Positions 7,143 to 15,530 of a DNA stretch of 32,000 bases are shown piece after piece; the stretch's first letter is position 1, and the number at the start of each line of letters is the position of its first letter. The stretch is from contig CP113000.1 of the NCBI GenBank assembly GCA_026625185.1, positions 1,005,622-1,037,621 on the forward strand, read 5' to 3'. A program made the position numbers and the translations under genes. The stretch is from Thermodesulfobacteriota bacterium. Lineage in GTDB: Bacteria; Desulfobacterota; WTBG01; JAGOGO01. The notes under the pieces are model-generated. The model did not search any database, was not told the DNA's origin, and worked only from the letters and a program-made list of their open reading frames with translations.

Positions 7143-8124
7143 CGTGACCGAATCTATTCACACCCATAAGGAGATTTCCCGAAATGGACATTCCACGGAT
7201 TTTCAACATCACCGAAAGTGCTCACCGCATCCATAACCCGTTCACACCCGAAAAGCTCGCCACTCTCGGCGCGGCGCTGCGTCTGGAAACGGGGACCCGA
7301 GTGCTCGACCTCGGCAGCGGTTCGGGGGAGATGCTGTGCACCTGGGCACGCGATTACGGAGTCATCGGCACCGGCATCGACATGAGCCAGTTGTTCACCG
7401 AGCAAGCGAAACTCCGCGCTGAAGAACTCGGAGTCGCCAATCAAGTCAAGTTCATCCATGGCGATGCTACCGGCTACGTCTCGGACGACAGGGCCGGTGT
7501 GGCAGCCTGTATCGGTGCTACATGGATCGCTGGGGGAGTCATCGGCACTATCGGGCTTCTGGCGCAGAGCCTCCGCACCGGAGGGATCATCCTCATCGGC
7601 GAGCCATACTGGCGGCAGTTACCGCCGACGGAAGATGTTGCCAAGGGGTGTCTTGCCAACTCAATCTCCGACTTTCTCATGCTTCCAGAACTTCTCGCGT
7701 CTTTCGGCCACCTTGGCTACGACGTCGTTGAAATGGTTCTGGCTGACCAAGACGGCTGGGACAGATACGAGGCGGCCAAATGGCTCACCATGCGCCGATG
7801 GCTTGAAGCCAATCCCGACGACGAGTTCGCGAAAGATGTTCGAGCCAAACTGACCTCGGAACCCGAGCGCTACGCCGCTTACACGCGTGAATACCTGGGC
7901 TGGGGGGTGTTCGCGCTGATGCCGCGGTGATTCGTTGGCGTATCCGGCGGATCGTCAACGGCTGTGCCACGCAACAGCTGGTGGCTCGCCGAGATGTGAT
8001 TGCGCCTGAATTCATTTCTTATGGTCTAGTTATCCGTGCAATCAACAGAAAGGTCTGTCTCAAGCAGGCCTAACATCAATTCATTCAAGCCGACGCCGCT
8101 TCGCGGCGCGGCTTAATTCAGGCG
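7137..8124 (+). mobile_element. Integron-type gene cassette 2 (SAM-methyltransferase plus aadA-type attC), GC-rich
   Basis: It starts with TTAGGC, and its own attC R'' is GCCTAAC (8068-8074), an exact complement of G+TTAGGC as a circular cassette requires. It ends at the G of GTTCCAG (8124). Its composition is visibly much more GC-rich than cassette 1 and the flanking genome. Confidence 0.7.
7184..7930 (+). CDS. Class I SAM-dependent methyltransferase (small-molecule type; no DNA-methyltransferase motifs)
   Basis: Motif I is VLDLGSGSGEM, followed by an acidic post-I residue (GIDMS) and a Rossmann-fold pattern. AAGGAG lies 9 nt upstream of the ATG. I saw no DPPY/NPPY or PCQ motifs. Confidence 0.85.
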   Translation: MDIPRIFNITESAHRIHNPFTPEKLATLGAALRLETGTRVLDLGSGSGEMLCTWARDYGVIGTGIDMSQLFTEQAKLRAEELGVANQVKFIHGDATGYVSDDRAGVAACIGATWIAGGVIGTIGLLAQSLRTGGIILIGEPYWRQLPPTEDVAKGCLANSISDFLMLPELLASFGHLGYDVVEMVLADQDGWDRYEAAKWLTMRRWLEANPDDEFAKDVRAKLTSEPERYAAYTREYLGWGVFALMPR

Positions 8125-8130
8125 TTCCAG
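8068..8130 (+). other. attC site 2 (aadA-like 59-base element)
   Basis: Sequence: GCCTAAC-ATCAATTCATTC-AAGCCGACGCCGC-TTC-GCGGCGCGGCTT-AATTCAGGC-GTTCCAG. It forms a 12-bp stem (8087-8099 with 8103-8114) with one extrahelical A (8093). The 33-nt core TTCAAGCCGACGCCGCTTCGCGGCGCGGCTTAA matches, from memory, the core of the aadA1 attC of class 1 integrons. Confidence 0.8.
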
Positions 8131-8156
8131 CCAGGCTATCCAAATTCTTTAACACG

Positions 8157-11100
8157 TTAGGCTAAGCTTTGGGCCAGGGCTTTGGCCTGGGAAAAGTCGG
8201 CTTTGCCGCTCCCTAACTTGGGAATGCTCTCAACCTTTATGATGCTATCCGGCAGCATCAAGGGGTCCACCTTGTTTTCGATCAATTTTTGTCGTATGAC
8301 CGCCGGATCGATCTCTCCGGCAAACAGGAGAACGATTTTTTCTCCTTTTTTCGCGTCCGGCAAAGCCACTACCGCAAGCTCCATCTCTTTATTGTCCAGC
8401 GCGCCGGCAACCGCTTCTTCCACCGCGCCCAGACTTATCATCTCACCCCCGATCTTGGCAAACCGGGAATAGCGGTCAAGAATGGTAAGAAAGCCGTCGT
8501 CGTCAAGCTGTCCTTTATCTCCGGTCTTGTACCAGCGGATGCCGTCTTTTTCAACAATAACTTCCTGAGTCTTTTTTTCGTTTTTCAGGTAGCCGGCCAT
8601 TATTTGCGGACCGCCGACAAGGATAAGACCCGCCTCACCCGCTGGCAGTTCCTCCAGAGTTGCCGGGTCAACGATTTTAAAGCTTGTGCCGGGAAGGGGT
8701 AATCCCACGGTGCCAATCTTGGTCCCCTGCTGCACGGACCAATCACCGGTCTTGAGCACATCCGGAAGATTGACGCTGGCGACCGGAGTTGTTTCCGTGA
8801 CACCGTAACCTTCGTAAATATCAAGACCGAATTTTGCCTTAAAATCTTCCCGTACCTCGCCGCTTAATTTTTCCGCACCCGCGACAACCAGCCGCAGGGA
8901 TTCAAACATCAGCGGATGAAGCTTCTTGTTTTTGTTATACAGCCGCAAAAAAGTAGAGGTGGAACATAAAATTGTCGCCCGGTGTTCCGCAACCAGCTTG
9001 CCGATTGCGTACGCATTTGTAGGATCTGGGTGGCAAACCACTGGAATACCTTCCACCAGGGGAAGAAAAGAGGTTACCGTCAGACCGAATGAGTGAAAAA
9101 GCGGCAGCACACTTAACAGAACATCGCTTTCTTGGAAATTTAAAACACTGGCAACCTGCTTGATGTTGCCCACAATGTTGCGGTGAGTCAGCTGAACCCC
9201 TTTGGGCAGGCCTTCACTCCCACTGCTAAACACGATAGCCGCGACATCATCGAGCGATGTTTTTTTGGAATACAACAACTTTAAAAGAAACGCCGGCAAC
9301 AGTTTAACCAGGAACGCGGTTCGAATAAGCGAGATCTTGCCAAACTGCTCTCTGAGCTCTTCGAGGAAAACCACTTTTTTATCAGCCAGAAATTCTGAAG
9401 CCGGAAACCCTTTGTTGTTCAAAGTGGTCACAAAACGTTTCGAGGTGAGAATGGTCTTTATTTCCGCCTGTTCAACCGCCTGCATAAGACTTGCCTGCGA
9501 GGCGGTGTAGTTCAGGTTCACCACGGTCTTGCCCAGCATTAATACCGACAGGTTGGCAATTATACCGCCCGAGCTGGTAGGAAGGAGCAAGCCCACATTG
9601 TGTTCCTGTCTTAATTTCTTTTTCAACGCCTGAGCAAAAACTATCGCCGCCGTTAAAAGCCGGTGGGAAGAAAAAGACGTGCCGTCAAAATCAATCAACC
9701 ATTTTTCGTTTTTAATCTTTTTTGCGGTCTTGAGCCATTGAATGGGGATAGTGCTCAAGGCATCAGAATACTGCAGCCAGGAATGGATTGATAACCCCAG
9801 AACCGCTTTTTTCACTTCCGCTGCCGTTGCGTCTCTGGAAAGGGGTTTGCCGAAACACACCGACACATCGCGGGTTCTCTTAAGCCGGGACATCTCCCGG
9901 TGCTTGGGGGTGGCAAAAGAATAAAGGCTTCCCCACAATCCGCGAAGGTAAAAGGGAATAATAACGGCCGCGGCATTTTTTATTGCCAGTTCAAATCCGC
10001 GATGAAACACCCCAACCTGCCCATTGCGGCTCAGCGCCCCTTCGGGGAAAAGGACTACCACCTCACCCTGATTGAGAAGCTTTTCAATAACATCGATAGC
10101 CTCCCTGCTCGCACTGGAGGAAATCGGAACAACCCCAAAGAAATCCAAAAATTTCTTTAAGAACCACTTTTCATAATATCCTCGATACATCACAAACCGA
10201 ACCCGACGGGGGCAGGCCATTTGAACAATGGCCCAGTCCAGATAGCTGGTGTGATTGCCGAGCATGAGTACTCCACCAGAAGAAGGGATGTTATTCATAC
10301 CTATGACCTGAAGCTTATAGTGTTGCGAAACTAATGTAGCAATCACATAGCGAATAAACGACTGCGGCAATTTAATGAAGGTGTAAACCGCTCCGCAAAA
10401 AGCGATGATAAATAATCCTTTAAAGATATAAACGCTGCCTATTCCCTTAAGGGCAGTGCCGATCGCAAGAACCAGGAAGAAGAGCATAACCGCGTTCTGG
10501 AGAAAATTATTCCCCGCCAGCACCTTGCCCAGCTCTTCGCCCTTCGCGTTAAACTGGATGAGGGAATTCAAGGGCACAATAAACATTCCCCCCGCAATTC
10601 CGTAAAGGAAAAACAGGAGCGCGAACCAGGCAATGCTGGTGGTTGAGGGAAGGAGAAAAAGCAAAACCGTGATTCCGATCGCGCTCGCCGGGATCATCCC
10701 GGTCTCAATGTAGTTTTTGGACACCTTGCCCGCGAGCAGCGAGCCGACAATGACTCCGATACCGGCTATGGCCATCAAGCCCTGCGCGATGACTGTATTG
10801 GTGACATCTGCCGTCTCCTTCAAATACGCTCCAAAGGCCGCGAACACCACCTGGTTAATCCCCCAAAAAATCGCCAGCCCGATAATGCTGAGCCAGATCA
10901 CCTCGTTTCCCTTGATCGCCCGAAGGTTTTCTTTCAAATAGTTTCCGGTCACATATTGTTTCCTATCAAAGGCGAGCTCCCTTTTTGTTTCGGTCTTTTG
11001 CGGAAGCGTGAACGCCCACAGGGCTTCGATGGCGGTTCCCACAATAATCAGATATCCCAGCGGAGCAATGGAAGTGAGAATGTCGCTTAAGGTGCGAAAA

Positions 11101-11606
11101 TCCGGGTTATAAATTTTTTCAAAAAGGATGGAGTAAATAAAAACCCCCAGCAAAATAGCCGCGATGCTCACCGCCTGCACAAAAGCGTTGCCAATGGCGA
11201 TGTTTTCTTTTCCGGCCAGTTCCTTGATGTACCCGTACTTGGCCGGAGATAAAAAAGCGGCCTGTATGGCCAGTATAAAAATGAGAATAAAAGAAGTCTT
11301 AAACCAGCCCGCATAAAAACTGACGGTAATAAAAATAGCCAGAACAAAAGCGGACACCGCCGAAACCTTAATCACTTTGTCCTTGGGATACTTATCGGAA
11401 AGATACCCGGCCGGGGTAAACAGCATGACAAAAGGCAAAAGGATCAGGGCGTTCACTACTGCGGTAAGAATGATCTGGGTTGGGCCGGAGAAATATTTAA
11501 ACACCGTGTTTTGGATAATGATTTTATGCCCCAGTTCATTAAAGGCATTCAAAAACACGATCAGGAGATAGGGAAGGAAACCTCTGATTTTTAAAACCTC
11601 AAACAT
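8157..11606 (-). CDS. aas: Triple fusion: MFS lysophospholipid transporter (LplT-like), PlsC-type acyltransferase and acyl-ACP/AMP-forming synthetase (Aas-like)
   Basis: 1149 aa. The N-terminal ~410 aa are polytopic and MFS-like. The acyltransferase HX4D motif is NHTSYLD. The adenylation motifs are SSGSEGLPKG, GYGVTETT and YKTGDKG. This corresponds to E. coli LplT and Aas joined in one polypeptide. Confidence 0.85.
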   Translation of the reverse strand: MFEVLKIRGFLPYLLIVFLNAFNELGHKIIIQNTVFKYFSGPTQIILTAVVNALILLPFVMLFTPAGYLSDKYPKDKVIKVSAVSAFVLAIFITVSFYAGWFKTSFILIFILAIQAAFLSPAKYGYIKELAGKENIAIGNAFVQAVSIAAILLGVFIYSILFEKIYNPDFRTLSDILTSIAPLGYLIIVGTAIEALWAFTLPQKTETKRELAFDRKQYVTGNYLKENLRAIKGNEVIWLSIIGLAIFWGINQVVFAAFGAYLKETADVTNTVIAQGLMAIAGIGVIVGSLLAGKVSKNYIETGMIPASAIGITVLLFLLPSTTSIAWFALLFFLYGIAGGMFIVPLNSLIQFNAKGEELGKVLAGNNFLQNAVMLFFLVLAIGTALKGIGSVYIFKGLFIIAFCGAVYTFIKLPQSFIRYVIATLVSQHYKLQVIGMNNIPSSGGVLMLGNHTSYLDWAIVQMACPRRVRFVMYRGYYEKWFLKKFLDFFGVVPISSSASREAIDVIEKLLNQGEVVVLFPEGALSRNGQVGVFHRGFELAIKNAAAVIIPFYLRGLWGSLYSFATPKHREMSRLKRTRDVSVCFGKPLSRDATAAEVKKAVLGLSIHSWLQYSDALSTIPIQWLKTAKKIKNEKWLIDFDGTSFSSHRLLTAAIVFAQALKKKLRQEHNVGLLLPTSSGGIIANLSVLMLGKTVVNLNYTASQASLMQAVEQAEIKTILTSKRFVTTLNNKGFPASEFLADKKVVFLEELREQFGKISLIRTAFLVKLLPAFLLKLLYSKKTSLDDVAAIVFSSGSEGLPKGVQLTHRNIVGNIKQVASVLNFQESDVLLSVLPLFHSFGLTVTSFLPLVEGIPVVCHPDPTNAYAIGKLVAEHRATILCSTSTFLRLYNKNKKLHPLMFESLRLVVAGAEKLSGEVREDFKAKFGLDIYEGYGVTETTPVASVNLPDVLKTGDWSVQQGTKIGTVGLPLPGTSFKIVDPATLEELPAGEAGLILVGGPQIMAGYLKNEKKTQEVIVEKDGIRWYKTGDKGQLDDDGFLTILDRYSRFAKIGGEMISLGAVEEAVAGALDNKEMELAVVALPDAKKGEKIVLLFAGEIDPAVIRQKLIENKVDPLMLPDSIIKVESIPKLGSGKADFSQAKALAQSLA

Positions 11607-11823
11607 TTTTTATTCCTTTTAACTGGATAAATAATTTATCCTCTTTAAATTCCAAAAACTATGCCGGCTCTGGTGATATTTATAACTATCTGATTCGTCT
11701 AATATAAATATTTTTGTCTTTTATTTCAATCAATGCTACACTTGACGGGTATCCAAATATTGTATCGCTTGTAAACATTTATTGTAAACAACTTTAAGAC
11801 AAATATTTTGAGGATCGGGAAAA

Positions 11824-13320
11824 ATGACAACTAAAAAGGGCTTAAGCCAAAAAGAGCGTGAATTTTTCGCCTTGGTCACTCAGGCTATTTCTGCCAACCC
11901 CTTTAGTGATGAAAGGATAGAGATTGACTTAAGGCTTAGTGGATTATCTCCTGGAGTTTCGCGCACCGAGCGGATAGCAAAACTGGCTGAAGAGTTAAAT
12001 GCTCGGATAAAGCTTCTGGAAAAGGAAGGCGTGGTTCATCTTGACCATTTTTCTCCTGAAGATCGAAAGTTGGCGGAGAATATTTTTCTTTTTGCTTTCT
12101 ATCTCCAGTTGATTGATAAATTTGATATCCACATCCAGGAACAGATTAAGGCGGGAGATACCCCCTTAAAAGTCCCTTTCGCTCAAGAGGCTCTCACTTT
12201 TTTATTGGCCAAGGGTTTCAGCACTGAGGTTGCTTTGCGGTATTTTGCCTTGGGCTATCAGGTCAGGAGAGCCTACTTTTTTATTGACCACAGCCTGGTG
12301 GGTCGAAGCCCCATCATGAAAGAGCTTCGTAAAAATTTATGGAATAATGTTTTTACTTATAACCTTTTATTTTATGATCAGCATTTGTGGAACCGGATGG
12401 AGGACTTTTCTACCCTAATTTTAGGGGAAACCGGAGCCGGAAAAGGTAATGCGGCCAAGGCGATCGGCCGTTCGGGTTTTATCCCTTTTAATGAAAAAAA
12501 GCAGTGCTTTGTGGAAAGTTTTACCCAATCATTTCTAGCGATAAATCTTTCCCAGTTTCCTGAGTCCTTAATTGAATCCGAACTCTTCGGACACAAAAGA
12601 GGTGCTTTTACCGGAGCAGTAGAAGACTATAAAGGGGTACTCACCCGTTGCAGCCCTCACGGAGCAATTTTTTTGGATGAGATTGGAGAAATTCCCGCTC
12701 CCGTGCAAATCAAACTCCTCCAGATTCTGCAGGAAAGGGTCTTCACTCCGGTGGGGAGCCACCAAAAAGTCCGCTTCCCGGGCCGGGTTATTGCGGCTAC
12801 CAACCGACCCCTCAAAAAAATTCGGGAGCAGCGGATCTTCCGTGATGACTTTTTCTATCGTCTCTGCTCAGACATTATCAAGGTCCCATCTCTCGTCCAG
12901 CGCCTGGAGGAAGACCCTAAGGAACTCAATGAACTTCTCGCGCATACTGTTGAGCGAATCGTTGGGAAACCTTCACCTGAGCTTACTGGTATGGTGCTCG
13001 ATGTAATTGATAAAAAGTTGGGAAAACACTATACCTGGCCAGGGAATGTACGCGAGCTAGAGCAGTGTGTCCGGCGGGTACTCCTGAAACGTAATTACGA
13101 GGGTGATTACAAAGCAACCACCCCTGATTTATCTTCACAGTTCAGGGACGCGGTTGAGGCTGATAACGTGGATGCTCAGAGTCTGCTTGCACGTTATTGT
13201 TTTCAGCTCTATCAGCGTTATGGAACCTTCGAAGAAGTCGCCCGGCGCGCTAAACTCGACCGCCGCACCGTCAAAAAATACGTAGAGGACTGGAAAACAA
13301 GATGGGGCGAGAGGGCGTAG
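11824..13320 (+). CDS. sigma-54-dependent transcriptional activator (bEBP) with a non-receiver N-terminal domain
   Basis: Motifs of the AAA+ sigma-54 interaction domain: Walker A GETGAGKG, ESELFGHKRGAFTGA (GAFTGA loop), Walker B IFLDEIG, FRDDFFYRL and WPGNVRELE. A C-terminal Fis-type HTH is present (FEEVARRAKLDRRTVKKY). The first ~190 aa are not a CheY-like receiver. Confidence 0.9.
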   Translation: MTTKKGLSQKEREFFALVTQAISANPFSDERIEIDLRLSGLSPGVSRTERIAKLAEELNARIKLLEKEGVVHLDHFSPEDRKLAENIFLFAFYLQLIDKFDIHIQEQIKAGDTPLKVPFAQEALTFLLAKGFSTEVALRYFALGYQVRRAYFFIDHSLVGRSPIMKELRKNLWNNVFTYNLLFYDQHLWNRMEDFSTLILGETGAGKGNAAKAIGRSGFIPFNEKKQCFVESFTQSFLAINLSQFPESLIESELFGHKRGAFTGAVEDYKGVLTRCSPHGAIFLDEIGEIPAPVQIKLLQILQERVFTPVGSHQKVRFPGRVIAATNRPLKKIREQRIFRDDFFYRLCSDIIKVPSLVQRLEEDPKELNELLAHTVERIVGKPSPELTGMVLDVIDKKLGKHYTWPGNVRELEQCVRRVLLKRNYEGDYKATTPDLSSQFRDAVEADNVDAQSLLARYCFQLYQRYGTFEEVARRAKLDRRTVKKYVEDWKTRWGERA

Positions 13321-13408
13321 GGGGGAAAACAATTTATTTGTCTGAAAGCAATTAAAAAAGATTCGCCATTATATTGAAAATTAGCAGCACCAAAAAGTTA
13401 CAAATGCC

Positions 13409-13438
13409 TTGACATTTGATGAAGAGGTGTGTTAAAAT
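13409..13438 (+). promoter_or_regulatory. sigma-70-type promoter for dsrD
   Basis: TTGACA (13409-13414), an 18-nt spacer, then TAAAAT (13433-13438). AAGGAGG lies 5 nt upstream of the dsrD ATG. Confidence 0.6.
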
Positions 13439-13485
13439 TTATAAATATTTTTTGGAATATATTTTAATCTCTTAAGGAGGAAAAA

Positions 13486-13719
13486 ATGGCTAATGAAGAA
13501 GTAAAGCAGCGGATTATTGACTTTTTTAAACAGTCCAAAGGCAAGAGCAAGTTTTATTTAAGCGACCTTACCAAAGCCGCGCCTGAACTTTCAAAAAAGG
13601 ATTTAAAAAAGGTTACCACCGAGATGATTGCTGAAGGGACGCTGATGTACTATTCTACGGGAAGCACAACCATGCTCCAGCTCTCAGAAGCAGATGTGGA
13701 TGCAAAATTAAAAGAATAA
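13486..13719 (+). CDS. dsrD: DsrD, the small winged-helix protein of dissimilatory sulfite reduction
   Basis: 77 aa. It aligns by eye with Desulfovibrio DsrD: KQ.I.DFF...KGKSKFYL.D..K..P.....D.KK....M..EG.L.YYSTGSTTM versus ...KSKFYFNDF...YWSSGSTTM. Confidence 0.85.
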   Translation: MANEEVKQRIIDFFKQSKGKSKFYLSDLTKAAPELSKKDLKKVTTEMIAEGTLMYYSTGSTTMLQLSEADVDAKLKE

Positions 13720-13767
13720 CCAACGAATAAATTAACCTCAGCTATCGTGGGAATGAGGGCGAGATCG

Positions 13768-14112
13768 TCAGATTTTTTCTTCCCTCTTTCCCTTATACCA
13801 TAAACAAAATTCTAACATCCCCCGATACCGCTCATCCTCTTCCAGGATACCCCTGCAGATTTCAAAAGCTCCTTGCAAAAAGGCATTGCTCGGGCTAATG
13901 AAATCTTTTTCTTTAAGAAATTGATGCCAAAGGCTTACGAGACGTTCCCGGTCGCCTTCTTTTCCATTTATCCTATCAAACGGTTCCTTGGGTTTCTGGA
14001 AGGGATCCCAATTCTCATATCCCTTTTTAAGAATCCCTTGTTGCCTCTTGGGCGACATCGCCTCGAATATTTCCCGTTTCTTTTGTTCTTCCTCTGGAGA
14101 AAGTGTGGTCAT
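13768..14112 (-). CDS. Hypothetical protein, last gene of the dsrAB-TPR-FKBP transcription unit
   Basis: 114 aa and charged. Its ATG directly abuts the FKBP stop codon (TAA at 14113-14115, ATG at 14110-14112), which suggests translational coupling. I recognise no family. Confidence 0.55.
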   Translation of the reverse strand: MTTLSPEEEQKKREIFEAMSPKRQQGILKKGYENWDPFQKPKEPFDRINGKEGDRERLVSLWHQFLKEKDFISPSNAFLQGAFEICRGILEEDERYRGMLEFCLWYKGKREEKI

Positions 14113-14643
14113 TTATTCTATTCCAAGGTCAGTGGACCATACCTTTTTTTTGGTTGCCGGTTCAAAGTCGCAAGGTTTCACAATTTTTAGTTCTGCTTGA
14201 GTAGCCGGCCTGACTTCAACGACGTTTAGGCAATAGGTCAAGGTCCTCCCCGCAAAAGGGTGATTGTAGTCAAGGATAACGCTACCCAATCCTTTTTCTT
14301 TGACAAAATAGCCGCAGGTTATTTTGTGCTTATCATTTTTTGCCAAAACCCATTTTCCGGATTCGAGAGTTTTTCCCTCTGGAAATTCAGAAAAATTTTT
14401 TTCTTTAACTAAAGATGGGTCATAAAAGCCAAAAGCCTCTTCAGGCGGGATCGTTAGGGTAATTTCATCTCCTTGGTTTAAGCCGATCAGTCGCTTTTCT
14501 AAACCAGGCAATACTTGGTCAAACCCAGAAATAAAATCCATGCATTCTAACCCTTCATTTGGGTCTCCTTTAAGAATTTCCCCAGACTCAAGGCGTACCG
14601 TATATTTTATCCTTACATACGTGCCGATCTCACTGACTTGCAT
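14113..14643 (-). CDS. FKBP-type peptidyl-prolyl cis-trans isomerase, SlyD-like (with an insert-in-flap region)
   Basis: The pattern V.I.Y...L..GE......E....F..G..QVLPGLE..L.GL..GD......PPEEAFG.YD..L, followed by LDYNHPFAGRTL.Y...V..V, is typical of SlyD/FkpA-type FKBP domains. Confidence 0.85.
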   Translation of the reverse strand: MQVSEIGTYVRIKYTVRLESGEILKGDPNEGLECMDFISGFDQVLPGLEKRLIGLNQGDEITLTIPPEEAFGFYDPSLVKEKNFSEFPEGKTLESGKWVLAKNDKHKITCGYFVKEKGLGSVILDYNHPFAGRTLTYCLNVVEVRPATQAELKIVKPCDFEPATKKKVWSTDLGIE

Positions 14644-14671
14644 CTTATCCTTTTTTCAATTCTTGAATTGT

Positions 14672-15307
14672 TTAATCCCTCAGTGCACCTCGGTAAGGAT
14701 CCAATGCTTTTTTCAGTTCCGGATTTACCGGAAAGCCGAGTTTCAGGGCATTATCCAGGTAAAGCAGAGCGGATGAATAGTCACCTTTGCGAAAAAAAGC
14801 GATCGCTAAGTTATGATGAGCCAGACTGAAGTTGGGATCTATTTCAAGGGCTTTCTTGTTTTTCTCGACAGCGGCAGATAGGTCGCCTTGGTGGAGATAG
14901 ACATTCCCGAGGTTTGCATAGGCCTGAGGAAACTCGGGAGCAACCTTAATTGCTTTTTGATATTGGCCGATCGCCTCTTCGTATTTTCCTTGCTGAAAAT
15001 AAGCAAACCCAAGATTCACATAACCGTGAACAAAATCAGAATCATGTTCGAGCGCCTTGAGGTTCTGCTCAATACAGCCCTCAATATTGCCTTTGCGGAA
15101 ATAAATTCCTCCTAAGTTTACATACGCCTCAACCAACCCCGGATTAATCGCTATCGCCTGCTTAAATTCCGATATCGCCTCATCCAACTGTCCCTTGCGG
15201 GCATAGGCAAGACCGAGGTTATAGTGGAGAGGCGCTGAGTCTGGTCGTTCAAACAATTGAGCTTTAAGCTCTAAAAAAATATCTTCTTCCTCTTTCTTAA
15301 TACTCAC
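14672..15307 (-). CDS. Tetratricopeptide-repeat (TPR) protein
   Basis: It has about five tandem 34-aa repeats with the signature W/Y-LG-Y...G....A...Y.KAL...P (for example HYNLGLAYARKGQLDEAISEFKQAIAINP). It uses a GTG start at 15307, with AGGA 8 nt upstream. Confidence 0.85.
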   Translation of the reverse strand: MSIKKEEEDIFLELKAQLFERPDSAPLHYNLGLAYARKGQLDEAISEFKQAIAINPGLVEAYVNLGGIYFRKGNIEGCIEQNLKALEHDSDFVHGYVNLGFAYFQQGKYEEAIGQYQKAIKVAPEFPQAYANLGNVYLHQGDLSAAVEKNKKALEIDPNFSLAHHNLAIAFFRKGDYSSALLYLDNALKLGFPVNPELKKALDPYRGALRD

Positions 15308-15463
15308 CAGCTTAATCCTTTATTTAACTAAAGAACTTTTTTAGGTAAAGTTTATCTAACTAATTTGGAAATTGCAAATTTATTGCGGGAAAAACAAAAA
15401 GCGCGGGAATAACGGTTGGAATTGTAAGCTCCGTTACTGAAATTATATCGATCACATAACCGA

Positions 15464-15510
15464 GAAAAAAAGCGTAAGGAGGGAGAAAATAACATTTCTC
15501 CTTACGCTTT
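15464..15510 (-). terminator. Rho-independent terminator (or attenuator) after dsrB
   Basis: A perfect 11-bp stem pairs AGCGTAAGGAG (15471-15481) with CTCCTTACGCT (15498-15508). On the minus strand it is followed by a T-run (plus-strand A-run 15465-15470). Confidence 0.7.
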
Positions 15511-15530
15511 CAAGTAACTTTTTTTGTATT

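Noticed and set aside
7154-8015. ORFs 7154-7459(-), 7458-7853(+), 7474-7680(-), 7522-7731(+) and 7785-8015(-)
   Set aside because: They are overlapping alternative-frame ORFs typical of a GC-rich region. Only the 7184-7930 frame has methyltransferase motifs and an RBS.
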